DNA of 64,000 nt, taken from contig NC_091480.1 of assembly GCF_036971445.1 (NCBI RefSeq), forward strand, positions 84,072,001 to 84,136,000, written 5' to 3'. The notes beneath the pieces are model-generated. The model saw only the letters and a list, made by a program, of their open reading frames with translations, was not told the DNA's origin and did not search any database. The position numbers were made by a program, and so were the translations under genes. Positions 36,761 to 49,976 of this stretch are shown one piece after another; the first letter of the stretch is position 1, and each line of letters begins with the position of its first letter. Origin of the DNA: Narcine bancroftii. Taxonomy: Eukaryota.

Positions 36761-38916
36761 CTGTAACATAAGGAAATAATTCAGGGCAAGGAATCCCAGA
36801 TGGTCAGTGCATAATTAAATGTTTTGGCCTAATTTTCATTCCAGAACTGTTTCAGGCAGGTCAGTTTAGAACCCTCTCCCAATCCCTCCCACATCTCACC
36901 CTGCTCCAGAAATGAGTCCTTGGCCTAATATAAACTTCAGCACTCAGCGCGTAGCATCTGAAAGTAGGGCCCCCTAGTTTGGACGTTTCCACAAGTCGAA
37001 TAATCTATGGCAACAGTGAACAGGTTTGGCCACTCTGAGGAGATGCCGTATGGTACTGAAGTATTTCACCCTGCTGCCTCACAGCTCCAGGTTCAATTCT
37101 GATCTCACGTTCTTTCTAGTAAAAGCTCAGAAATGCTGGAGGAACTTAGCATTTTGGGTCTGAGCCCTTCTTCAAGGTATGAGTGAAAAGTAGGCAGGTG
37201 TCTGAATTAAAAGGCTTGGGAGAAGGAGAGAAGGGTCATAGGCCAACAGGCAAAAGATGATAATTGGACATGGATAGGAAGTTAGGAGAGCAAAGGTGAG
37301 AATTGATGGGGGGGGGGTGTTGGGGAGAGCAGTTCTGTGAATAGAGAGCTGATGGAAAGGTGATGGAAAAGGAAAGAGAAAGATAGAGTTAGAGGAAAGG
37401 AGAAATAGGGATAGAAAGGGGTGGGGCGGGGGGGAACAAATGGAAACCGGAGACGTCTGTTGGAGAGTACCCAGACGGAATATGTCATGTTGTTCCTCCA
37501 ATTTGTGGGTGGTGTCAATCTGGCAGTGCATGAAACCATAGTCAGCATGGGAATGGGGCAGGGAATTAAAATGGATGGCCATGGGTTCCTTCTATGTGGG
37601 ATTTGTACATATTCTGCATGACTTCTTCATGGCAATAAAAATAAAGGAGGAGTTGATGGAAAAGCATAAGAAGGAATAAGTTGCAAAGGAAATTGAAATT
37701 GATGATAATGGTGAGTTTATTGTCACGTACTTGCAGAAGCCGAACAGGTACTTGTTTTGAAAATCTATGATAGTAGATTGGATTAAATTAAAAGAGACAA
37801 AAATACACAAGAAACATATAAAAGTGACTTGATAAAGTCCACGATAAATGTTCCATGATAAATGGTCCTTGGGAAAATGGGATTGCTCCCCTAGGAGATT
37901 GCTTGGACTTAATGGGCGGAAGGAACTCCTTCATTAACATTATACCTGTAAGTAGTCCCAGAATACGGTGAAATTTTTGATTTGTTTTCTCATCTCCCCC
38001 AAGTCAACCCTTTCCCCAACCTTCCAGCACCCATCTATTTGTGGAACTCACTTGTGAAATTTGAAATTTAGACACACACGATGGTAACAGGGCCTTTTGT
38101 CCCACTAGCCCGGGCCACCCAATTACCCTCGATGGACCCACAACCCCCGTCATTTTGAAGGGTGGGAGGAAACCGGGGAGAACGTACAAACTCCTTACAG
38201 ACAGCGCCGGATTCGAACCCTTGTCACTGGGGCTGTAACAACGTTGTGATAATGAGTACACTAACCATGCCGTCCTATAGGTGAACGCTTCTCTTGAGCT
38301 TAAAATGCATTTAACGTTTCCCTTTTTAACTTCGAGTCAATTTCAGAAAAGACATCATTCAAGTTTTGAAAACATTTCTGTACCATTTACATTTTAACTG
38401 TAGACATGTAGCACAGTAAATAGGATTTTCCTGCCCACCAGCTTGTGCCCCCACAATTTAGTCATACACCATTTTTTTAAATAATTTCTCCTCTTCAAGT
38501 AAGTTTTAGTAAAATATGAATTAAAAATAAATGTTGAATGGTAGCAGGATAAATTTTCTTGCATTACTACATCATATTGATGGGAAGCTGCCAACTAGCA
38601 CTTCCCCTCCCAACCCCTTATTAGCCGTTATGCAAATCTTAGAAAGTTGATTTATTTTCTAGCTTTTATGATAAACAGGAAGACTGAGAAATTAAAAAAA
38701 AAATAAAATGCACCACCAGAAAAAGCGAGATAAAGGCTAGATAAAACATATGTTTGACGTATTTTTTTATTTCTGCCTCTAGCTGCTAACAACTGCTGTA
38801 TTGTGTACATCAACTAGTATTCTCAATTAAATTAGACGTTTTTATATCAAGTCAGCCCATCGTTTTGTAAAGCCTGTGATTGCCACAGATCTCATGTATC
38901 TGATTGGGAGACTCAC

Positions 38917-39022
38917 CTACTTGGGACACAGGGCCGCTTGCTCTGAAGCGCGGAGGCCAGAAAAGCTGTCACCATCACATACCACACTCCAGCTGACCCC
39001 ATAGCATGGCCTGAGGGGCTCC
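38917..39022 (-). CDS. G6PC1: G6PC1 copy A exon 3 (106 bp)
   Basis: TTCCAG| [17 protein letters not shown]... |GTGAGT. Confidence 0.92.
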
Positions 39023-39129
39023 CTGGAACAGACAAGCAGTGGAGTCAACCTTCTGCAAATGCATACGCTGAAGGAGAAATGAAAGACCAAGCTGCAAAAC
39101 TGTAATTATTCAGAGGTTTCACGAAATAC

Positions 39130-39239
39130 CTGGCCCTGTTTCACAGGTGATGGGAAACTGCTCCAACACAGGAACCGATAAGTTAACATAGTAGGAAGTT
39201 TCATGAACCCACCAGTAAGGTCTCTGGCCGAATAATATC
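39130..39239 (-). CDS. G6PC1: G6PC1 copy A exon 2 (110 bp)
   Basis: CTGCAG| [36 protein letters not shown] |GTATT. Confidence 0.92.
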
Positions 39240-41174
39240 CTGCAGGAGGGAAAAGGGACGGAAATGAGGAGAAGTTTTATTTTGCTCAGCGGAATTGCTG
39301 TGATCTGGAAGGTGCGAGCAGATTCAGGAGTTATTGATTCAGACTCCTTCTTTCCCTATAAAGCTGCAAATTATTTTCTTTCAGTTTTATGCACCAATCT
39401 CTTTCAAATGCCTTCTGCTCAACTTGAGGATTCTTTGGCACAACACACTTTGTGTCAGTCTTAAAAAATAATTGCCGTCAATTTGTTTTCACCTGACTCT
39501 CATGCCCCTTGTGGAACTGTATTCCACTGTTGCTTGAGTGCAGTAATATATAAGAGTACATGCTAGTTCCATTATTACCCTAGAAGCCACTAATCCCAGT
39601 TCATGGGTTTGATCCCATTACAGCAATCTGGGAATTGAAATTCCAGACAGGAAACAGCTGGAATTTAAAAGATGTTGTCATGAATTTATTGGGTTGTAAA
39701 ATTCATCTGGTTCAATTATAATTTTCTTCCCAATGGTAAGGAATCTGCCATGCTTAACCAGCTTCACCTATTAATGATTTCAAACCAAACAACGTAGCCC
39801 CCTCTTCAGAGACAATTCAGGATTTATTCTCATAAACACGTCACAAAATTGTTTTGCGACAGCATCACAGGTGCAAATATTTAATAAACCAGATTTCAAA
39901 ATTCAGGTGGATATATAGGATTAGGTGCTACAATCCCTGATAAATTAGTGCAAGAAAAAGAAAAAGACAAAGTGAGGTCACGTCTGTGGTTCATTGGTCA
40001 TTCAGGAATCTGATGGCAGCAGGGACGAAGCTGTCCTCGTGCCGCTGAGTGCTCGTCTTCAGGCTCCCGTACCTTTCTCCTGATGGTAACGGAGTGAAGA
40101 GGGCACGGCCTGGGTGGTGAGGATCTGTGAGGATAGAGGCTGCTTTCTTAAGACACCGCCTGTTGTAGATGCCCTCGATGGAGTGAAGACAGGTGCCCGT
40201 GACGTTAACGACCCCTCTTTTGGAGGATGGGGGAGACACCATTGACAATCACTTCTCTTGAGAACACAGACATGAAAATGTGATCACACATGGATTCACC
40301 AATGAGTGTCCGAACACTGCTGCCTTGTGCAGAGTTCATAGCTGAGCTCACTGCACCACCATTTTGAAAAGAGAGCACATTGGAGCAGATAATTTTTGGA
40401 ATTCATTCCAGCTAACACTTCACAAAAACAAGTGCCATCTTCTTGCTCACTGTTGCAGTGCAGAGCATCCACTCTGAAGGCCCTGCAATATGAACTCCTG
40501 CTATTTTTGAAGAGGAACTATTGTTTAACACGAGACTGAATTCCTCTCTTCTCATATAGATACTTGTTTGAGGCATGGCAGAGAGCCCTAGAGGCATTAA
40601 TACCACTCAACCAAGGGAGGATTCTTGGTTAGAAAAAGAATGGTCAACATTTCAGACCGGAACCCTTCATCAGTCGACCATTCTTTTTCTCCCACTGACG
40701 CTGTTGAAACTGTTGATCGTGTTCCCTTCAGATTCAAGCATCTCTGAGGCACTGATAAGAGAAAGTGAACTTAAAATTGACAATAGGGAAAACTGGAATC
40801 AAGATGGCACAAATGACATGGCATTTTCACCAGTGAAAATTGGAGCAATAATAAATAATTTCCAAGAAATGAGCATTATTAAATGTGACCATGCACTGCA
40901 GATCTGTCCTCTCTATTCAGTAGTGCTTGATAGTCAATGCCTGGATTACCTTTCACCCTTTGGACCTCAGGTCCTGGTTTGCAGGGGTTACGAACAAGTG
41001 CATTTTTTGTCCCAGTTTTCCGTGACTGGTTTTATACCCAGCCACCAGCTGGTCCGTACTGGTGTTCGTAAAAGGTTTACACGTAGACCCAGCCCGGAGT
41101 GGGGTATATAATTATGGGAAATTAAAAATGGCCAGTGTCGAAAGGGTTGAAGGATAAATTAGTGTAACACTTAC

Positions 41175-41404
41175 CATTTGAAGATGAGGTTGAGCCAGTC
41201 TCCGATGACGGCCACCCAGATCAGTTTGACGCCCACTGCCTCACACAGGTGGAACCAGATGGGAAAGAAAACATAGAAAGTGTTTCTCAGGTCGGCAGCG
41301 ATGGAGATAAAAGTGAACCAACTCTGGGAGTCCCGGTAGTTCAGCTGGAGGTACTGCACCAGGTCTATCCCAGAGCTGTGGAGCAGGTCCATCCCAGCAT
41401 CCAT
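41175..41404 (-). CDS. G6PC1: G6PC1 copy A exon 1 (230 bp); spliced CDS 1074 nt = 357 aa
   Basis: [12 protein letters not shown]...[15 protein letters not shown]...[11 protein letters not shown]|GTAAG. Confidence 0.93.
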
Positions 41405-41499
41405 TCTCCCTGTGCTCAGAAGCTGTCAAAGAAGTGACCTCCCTGATCTCCCTGATTTTTACCTCCTATCAATCTGTTGTCTAATACTCAGTTGGACTG

Positions 41500-41661
41500 A
41501 TATATGCAACTGCCAGCAACATAACTCATGTATAAAGAGCAACCTTTGAACTAGCAAATTTGACCCAAAGTCAACGAGCAACATAACCTCATTTTGAAAC
41601 TGACGCAAATGGGTTTAAAACATTCGTATTGTAAATGCCTTCAGTATCTGGTTTATTGATT
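41500..41661 (-). promoter_or_regulatory. G6PC1 copy A proximal promoter motifs
   Basis: Minus strand: CATATAT (41500-41506), DR1 AGTTCAAAGGTTG (41540-41552), TTGCGTCA (41601-41608), TGTTTTA (41616-41622), AATCAATAA (41653-41661). Spacing mirrors copy B. Confidence 0.55.
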
Positions 41662-43895
41662 CATCAAACAAGCTTTGAAATTAGACAATAACCATTGATT
41701 TAGTTTGTTCAGGTCACTCAATTCAGTGTAATTGTTTAATCAGTTCTATTTTATTTACTATTTAGTTTTAAAATGAGTAAAGCCTAATTTTAATATTAAC
41801 TACAAATATGAAAGATCTGCCCCTCTTGTGATCTTGTCCATTGTTATCTTGACTGCAGTTAAGTCTCAAATCAGATAAAATAAATGTGGCAAGTCAGTTA
41901 ATGAAGTTAAAACACCACAAAAAGCTAGAGGAACTCAGCTGGTCTTTGCCAACGTCTCAGGCCTGAATGAACAGGAAATCTCAGAAAGTCTCAGATTTAA
42001 GACAACGCCAGCTGCGGGAGGAATCCAGACCAACAAAAGGTGTGAATTAGATATGATAAGGGATGAGGTAAGTATTTATCAAGTTTGAGCCAGCACGATT
42101 GCCATAGCGGTTAGCGCAACACCTTGACAGACCTGGGTTTGAATCCAGTGCTGTCTGTAAGGAGTTTTGTACGTACTCCCTGTGTCTGCAAGGGTTTTCT
42201 CCAGAGGGTCTGGCTTCCTCCCTCCCTTCAAAAACATCCAGGGGTGTGTTAATGTGGTGTAAATTGGGCAGCACGGTAGAGCCAAATTCACCTGTTACAG
42301 TGGTATATGTCTAAACTTTTTAAAAATTAAGTACATTTTAAAAAGAAAGGAAACAAGGAAGGGAGAGAGGGGGGGAGAGACAGAGCTGAGGGAAGGTGAC
42401 AAGGGAAGAATGGGGGTGTGTGTGGTAGGGTTGGGGGATTCAGTGAAAGCCAGAGAAATCAATATTAATGCCATTTAGTGGGAGGGTGCACAGTTGGACG
42501 ATGAGGTATCCCCACTACATTACCTTGGCATTGTCTCAGCCAGCTCCCCCTCCCCCACCTCCCGCCCCCCAGAATCTTGCATTTCGATAGGATTATCCTC
42601 ATTCTTCTTTTTTTCTAATGTTTATAGATCTAAGCTTCTTATCCTTTATTCTTTAATCAGCCTCTTCACCTGAGTATTCAACCTAGTAAATCGTTTCTAC
42701 CTTGCTCTCAATGCAGTCTATCTTTCTTAAATATGGAGGCCAAAATGACTGCCTGGTGCCGTCTCATCAGCCCTCCATAAATTTGCAGTAATACTTTTGG
42801 GAACTCCATATCCCTTGCAATAAAGGCCAACATTCCATTAGCCTTCTGTGCTTATTTTCCAAACTCAATCCCTTTTTTCACTGGAATATTTTGTAGTCTC
42901 CATTATTTTAAATAGTATCTTTGACCCATCTGCAAATCTGGTCACCTGTACATTTCGTCCCTCCATCTCGGTGATTTATGTAGATGATAAATAGTTGCGA
43001 CCCGACCAATGATCCCTGCGGCAACGTATTTACTACAGATTGTCAATGCGTAATTGACCCATTTATCCTGACTCTTTATTTCCTGTTAGTTAGAAATACC
43101 CTTGCCAATATATTACCCCATCCCCATGCATGTGTGATAACCGTTTATATGGCATTGTACTGAATACCTTCTGGAAATCCAAATATATTTAATCTACTGG
43201 TACCCTTTCATCCATCCTATTTATTACCTCCTCAAATAACTCAAGCAAATCTGTCAAAAAATTACAGCAGGCTAACATAAAATGTGTGTAATATTATACC
43301 TTTATTTAAATTACACAACGATAAAGGAATCTGAATCAAACCTGATTTACCTTTTATCAAACCACATTGACTTGGCTTGGTTGTCTTTTACTTTCTAAAT
43401 TCCATGCTATTTCCTCTTTAATAATGAATGACCACATTTTCCCAGTGATGGTTAGACTAACTAGCTGATAGTTCTCCGTTCGCTGTCTCCCTTTTGAATG
43501 GAATGTAATAGTCATGGGCTTCCTGGCTTTGGTTATTCTCCAGCCACATTTCTGCAATATTCATTTATAACTTTTACGTCATTAATTAACCCACCATTAT
43601 GATTTTATACATATTCAGCTATGATTCAAGATGCACTTTAATTTTATTTCTATTCTTTCGGAGAAGTTTAACGTCTTTAGTTTAGCAATAAAGTTTAGCA
43701 TCTTTAAGACAGTAAAGCATATTTCACAAGACTACGAATAAGCAAAATTTGACCTTGACCTACTGGCTGAGTGATCAAACTCTTAGTCAAAGAAATAAAG
43801 TCCTGGTATTAATGTGGTTACATTGCTAAGTGGAACAGGTTTTGTTCACATTGCATGAGGGCGTGCTTACGTTTGGTGTTGCAACATTAATTTTT

Positions 43896-44083
43896 GGTTG
43901 GACCGCTGGTCTTGTAAACCAGGGGGCCGCCAGGTCATTCTTCGTCGGGGCCTCACTTCTGGGAAGGGGCGCTGGACAAAGAGGCCACTCTCTGTTTTCC
44001 TTACGAAGGAAAATGTTAAAGAATTTCATGCATGTTACATTCTAAATGTGGTATTACATGTCAACAATGGAACCTTTGCCTTT
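43896..44083 (+). mobile_element. SINE with a degraded tRNA-Thr(TGT)-like head and the shared tail
   Basis: CTGGTCTTGTAAACCAG anticodon arm; tail GCTGGACAAAG...TTAAAGAATTTCATG...ATGGAACCTTT. Confidence 0.75.
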
Positions 44084-47000
44084 AATACAGTATTCTTCCC
44101 AAGACCTGACAGAATGAGGAGCATGTTCAATAGGTTAGTTCATGTATCCTAGAAAAGTTTTGCAAAACTAGTTCAACTCTCCTCAGAGGTTTTTCTTCTT
44201 TTTTTTCTTGTTAAATGTGGACTATTAATGTAATTTGTCACTGAAGGTAGTAGGTTTACTTTGTAAAATAATTCAGAGCTTTCTCGTTACATTATTAGAT
44301 TAGATTTAACTTTATTATCATTTGGCCCAAGTAAAATACAAAGTCCGTGGAATGCAATTAGCAGAGCTACAAAGAACCTTGCAATTTACAAGTAACTGTG
44401 AATAAAAACAAGTGTTCCAGCAAACAAACACGTATAAAAGTACTGACAGTACAATATGGGTGCAGTACCGCACAGCGCCATGATTAGAGTTTAGCAGAGT
44501 CACAGCCTCAGTCTTGCTGGTTTGGGTGTAGCGCCGACCTGATGGAAGGAGGGTAAGAAGTCCATAGTTAGGTCGCGATGCATCCTTGAAAATGCTTTTC
44601 ACTTTACCCAGGCAGGGTTTCTGATAGATGTTCTCAATGGTGAGGAATTGGGCAGTTTTCACCACCCGCTGGAATGCTTTACGATACGGGACAGTTGATG
44701 TGCAACACTGAGATATACTCTTAGTTGTACAGCAGCAAAAATCCATCAGTATCCTTGGACGGAGGTGAGCTTTCTTGATGCTCTACAGGAATTAAAGGCG
44801 CTGTGGCACCTTTTTGATCAGGATCAGTTCAGGGGCCAGGTGAGATCATCAGATATGTGGACACCAAGGAATCTGAAGCTTGATACACATTCCATTATGG
44901 CTCCCAGCACGTCTGAAGTCTACAATGGTTTCCTTGGTCTTTTGGATGTTAGGGGCCAGGTTACTGTTGGCACACCTTGTGGCCAGGTGCTGGACCTTGT
45001 CCTTGTAGGCCGTCACGTCATCCCCTCTGAACAGGCCAACCACCGTGGTGTCGCCTGAGAACTTGATTATGGAGTTAGAACTACGCACAGAAATACAGTT
45101 ATAGGTTATAAATTAATTTTTGTAGTAACATGGTTAAGAGCTTTCCCATTACATGTTAAATTATTTTTATATATATTTATTTTGGATCGCTATGTATATA
45201 TTTCATTTGTGTGTCGGGTGTACTATGTGTCTGTGTGTGTGCGCATTATGTCAAGTCAGGTTCATTATCATCTGATTCTACAAATACAACTTGGCATAAC
45301 AGAGTTCTCCAGTCCTCAGTGCAAAACATGCAGACACACAACCAGACACAACACTCATAGAGACAAACAATACATATGCAGGACAAGTATTTCATCTGAT
45401 ACCCATTAAAAAAATATTTTGTACATATATGTGTCTTGGATGGTCAGTGTGAGCAGTTCCTTTGGTGGTTCCGCATTCTCACTACCCGTCGGAAAAGGCT
45501 GTTCCTCAGCCTAGTGATGCTGGCTCTGATACTTTTTCCTGATGGGAGCAGCTGAAAGATCTGTGTGCAGGGTTGAAGTGGTCCTCAATGATTTTGCACA
45601 TCCTCTTCAGACATAGATCCCGGTAAATCAAATTGATGGTGGATAGGGGAGTGAGAGACCCCATTGAATCTCTCTACCACTCTTATGGTCCTGTGGATTG
45701 AAGACCGATCCATTTCTCTGCAGCAACTGTCCATGCCGCATGGTTATGCAGCCGGGCCAGGACTCTCCAGGCCATCCTGTATCATTGGGTTGTAAATGTA
45801 GATGTACAATGAAATGACAATTAACTTCAATTTGATATCAAGCACAGTTCAATATAACATGCAGATTATGTGTTGCCAACTGCTGCTTGGTGTGGCCATC
45901 AGCAGATATTCTGTATCATGTGCCTTTGCGTGATATATTCCATATATATTGGAATGATAAAACACAGCACAAGAAAGAGACCATGTTTCATCTGGGACTA
46001 GTGCTTTATCCATTTCAAAGATGATACACCCACAATACTCCCCCTTTACTCCATCCAGTATTGATGTCAAGAGAGCCTCTAACATTGGGCTCCAACCCCC
46101 AATTCCTCCAAGAAAATGATTCCCTTCACCAATTGTCCTCCATCCTAACTATCCAATTAGTCCTGACTCACTACAATCGGATCTCATATTTAAGAATAGG
46201 TATGTCATGTTGTGGCTTTATAAGGGCACTGGTAGATCTCAGCTGCAGTATTGTCAGCAGTTTTGGGCTCCTTATTAAAGAAAATATATGCTGACATTGG
46301 AGAAGGTTCAAAGATGATTCCAAGAATGAAAGGGCTCAAATGAGGAGCATTTGACAGCTCTTGGCCTGTATTTGTTGGAATTTAGGAGAATGTGGGGGGG
46401 ATCTCATTGAAACATTTCAAATTTTGAAAGCCATGGACAGAGTAGATGTGGAAAGGTTGTTTCCCATGGTGGGAGAGCCTAGGACAAGAGGGCACAACTT
46501 CAGGATTGAAAGCCATCCACTTAGAATGGAGATGTGTTAGAATTTCTTCAGCCAGAGTGTGGTAATTCTGTGGAATCTGTTGCCACAGGCGGTTGTGGAG
46601 GCCAGGTCATTAGTTGCATTTAAGATTGATAGGTTCTTGATTAGCTGGGGCATGAAAGGTGATAGGGAGAAGCCCAGGCAGTGGGTCTGAGTGGAAGAAT
46701 GGATCAGCTCATGATTGAATATGGGGCAGGCTCGATGGGCTGAACAGCCTATTTCTGCTCCTATGTTGTATGGATCACTATGATTATCTCTGAGCTCCAG
46801 GTTCTCAAATGGCCCTTCCCAGGTACATATTCCAGGCACTTATCTTCGTTTGCAATCCAGGCCTTGAACCTCCCCACACCTTCCATCATTCTCTTACCGC
46901 TTCTTGGAGACCATGAACATTCTCAGCCCCAATAAATATCACATTGCATATTTAGTGCATTAAATGCAAGTGCTATTTGACCTCTGGAAATTGGAACTAA

Positions 47001-47899
47001 TGTGTAAGTGAGCACGAGAGTTAGTGGGCACATGGAGATAATAAAATGGGTTTGGTGTCGGGTGAACGTAAATAGGTGGTTTGAGGGTTAGTGCGGATGT
47101 GATGAGCTGAAGGGCCTGTTTCCTTGCTATATGTCTCTGTGCCCCTGCATTCTCATGGCCAGGAAAGCGAGTGAAATTTTGAAGCAGTGTGTCCACGAGC
47201 GAACGTCGATGGTGCCTTACTGCAGCACTCACCCATTGGGATGACGGGAACATCATGGCCAGCCCATGGTTTACAGCTCTTATTAACTGAATGGGACTGA
47301 CAGAGGTTTATTGTAGATGTTGGTTTCTGTGGTGCCAAGAATTCAATAAAACAAAAAGAGCAAAAAAAAATGTTGCATCATTCCTTTAAAAACATTTATT
47401 ACAATAAAAAGTTGCAAATTATTCAAAGAAGCGCTCAGTAATAAAAAAAACAAAATGGTGACAGATTTTTAATCCAGTTCTGGTGGAAGATCCATCACCA
47501 GATGCAGTGACCCTTTTTCTCTCTCCACAGATACCCCCTGACCTACTGAGTGTTTCCAGCATTTACGATTTTCATTTCAGATTTCCAGCATCTGCAGTAC
47601 ATTATTAATTGTTCTTCTGAAGTATCTAACAGATTTCTCCATTTCTATGATCAAACCCACCGGTTTACAATAAATAATGATCCATCCAGTCAGAAAAATA
47701 ATTGCTTTATCCCATTGCATTTGCAGTGCATTGGAGGCACTTACATTTTCAAGTCTTTGCGTACAGAACTAGGTTTGAAGAGGTGGCTCCCTATAGTGGT
47801 AAGTGGTAAGCTTACTAAGTGGTAAGTGGTGAGGAGCAAAGAGTTCTGATCTCCTCATTTGAGAAAGGGTATACAGGCTTTGCAGAGGAGGTTCACCAA

Positions 47900-48086
47900 G
47901 GCTCCGAGAGCTCAGAGGTTAGAGCACTGGTCCTTGTAAACCAGGAGTCGCAAGTTTGTTCCTCATTGGGGGCCTCATCTCTGCGAGGGGGCACTGGACA
48001 AGTTACTGTTGGCACATAGTAGACAAAGTTAAGGGATTTCATACATGATACATTCTAAATGTGACAATAATGGAACCTTTACCTTT
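47900..48086 (+). mobile_element. SINE with a tRNA-Thr(TGT)-derived head and the shared tail, inserted in CR1
   Basis: Head GGCTCC..AGCTCAGAGGTTAGAGCACTGGTC.TTGTAAACCAGG.GTCGC..GTT....CTC..TGGGGGCCT, followed by the same tail. Confidence 0.8.
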
Positions 48087-49464
48087 GATCCCAGAAAAGA
48101 GGAGGTCAGTTTATGAGCCGAGAATGAATGGCCTCGGACTATACGGAGTTTTGAAGGGTGAGGGAGGATCTTAGAGAGACACATAGAAGTATAAAACTAA
48201 TAGATAAAGGTAGAAGCAGTGAGGTTGTTTCCACTAGCAGATGAGAACAGGACTAAGGGAAATAACCTCAAAATTTAGGGAAGTAGATTTAGGATAGACA
48301 GACACACAGAGCGTAAAAAGTTCTTCTGGCCCATGAGCCAGTGCTGCTCCAATACCCCAATTTATCTGCAACCCCTGTATGTTTTGGAAGGTAGGAGGAA
48401 ACCGGAGTGCCTGGAGGAAACCCACGCAGACACGGGGAGAATGTACAAACTCCTTGCGGATTGCTGGCGCGGCAATAACGTTGCTCTATGACAGAGAGGA
48501 GGAGGGACTGCTTCTCCCAGTAAATAGTGAATCCGCGGAATTCTCTGCCCAAGGAAGCATTGCAGGCTGCCTCACTGAAAGTATTTAAGACATAGATAGG
48601 GCTAGTAGGACGATAGGGAACAGGCGGGTACGTGCCCGATCAGACACGACCTTATTGAGTGGCGGAGCAGGCTTGATGGGCCAAATAGACTCTCCTGCTC
48701 CTACTTCATTAGTGCTTATGTTCATCTAAGCATTCACAGCAAACAAAGAAATGTACAAGTTGAAATTCAACACCACTTTTCCTTTCTTGTTCCAACTCCC
48801 CAGAGAACAACGTGCCTTTGACTGATTTTTCCCTCATTTCTAAGCAGATCGATTACACATTGTTGGAATATTCCTCCACTGATGGGGCTCACGCAATTCT
48901 TGTCCACACCTGCTTACTTTCTACAGAGACTATCAGTGAGGAGCTGGACCAGGCAATCCAAATGAAAGCAATTGCTCAATAGAAAAGAGTGGATTGACTG
49001 TAGGACATTATACCTGCAGATTTCTACTGGGCTATCAAGAGTGCTTCAACATTCCCTTTAAACATGTAGTCGAACTGACCAAGAGCCCAGAGAATACAAA
49101 TGCCTGTGTACAAAAAAAATAACCTTTTACACTCATTCTTACCACTCAGTGATGTGCAAAGTAACAGAATGATTCAGACAATAAGTCAGTTAACACAAGA
49201 ACCAGATTACAAGAGCAGATTGCAATTAAAAATGCAAATGTTAACCTATGTTGTTAATTCATTCTCAGACACCTCCAGTCCATAGATATTTTTCCGGGTG
49301 ATCTGGTTTACATTAGACCACTCTGTTCAGGGCAACCCTGCTGCCCTGTGCCTTGGACAAGATGAGTTTAGATTCTGTCTCAAAGCACAACTAGCCAAGG
49401 GTCAAACTGATTTGATTCGGTGAGTGGCTTCTGTATTGATTGGGCAAATATTTAAGTTGTACAT

Positions 49465-49976
49465 CTAGAGCACTTTTTTCTCTTGCTGGTTCATAACTTG
49501 CGATACTGAGAATGGAATGATCGCCACGGCTGCCAGAGGCACAGCAGCGCTTTTGCAGAAGGACAGGAAATAAAACAAAAGTTCCTTCTGCACTGGAGGC
49601 TTCACGGAGTCAAACAGGTGCAGGACGATCAGGGAGGCCACAGTGCAACTTATTCTAAAGCAGAACTGCTGGCCCCTCTTCCCTTTGCAGCTCTCGGCAT
49701 AAATGGGTGAATTCAGAGCTAATCCCAGTCCGAACAAGGCGCCCATGTTCCTGACCAGCCCAGCGAAGGGTGTGGTGTCAATGTGGATCCATTCTGCTCG
49801 GGCGCACCATCTCTGGGCTTTCTCCACTGACCACAGCAAGTCAACTCCCAGAACTTTCAACAACAGATAGAAGCCCAGAGCGAAGGAGAACAGGAAGAGG
49901 GTGATCTGCAGATACCTCTTGAGGCTTGCTTTGTAGATTGCATTAATCCGGCCAAACACCTCCGCCACAACCGTGC
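49465..49976 (-). CDS. G6PC1: G6PC1 copy B exon 5 (512 bp)
   Basis: TTCAG|GC ACG GTT; near-identical to copy A exon 5; ends EKKVL*. Confidence 0.93.

Noticed and set aside
47900-47975. Functional tRNA-Thr gene
   Set aside because: It has an extra base in the anticodon arm, a degraded T-loop, and is fused to a retroposon tail.
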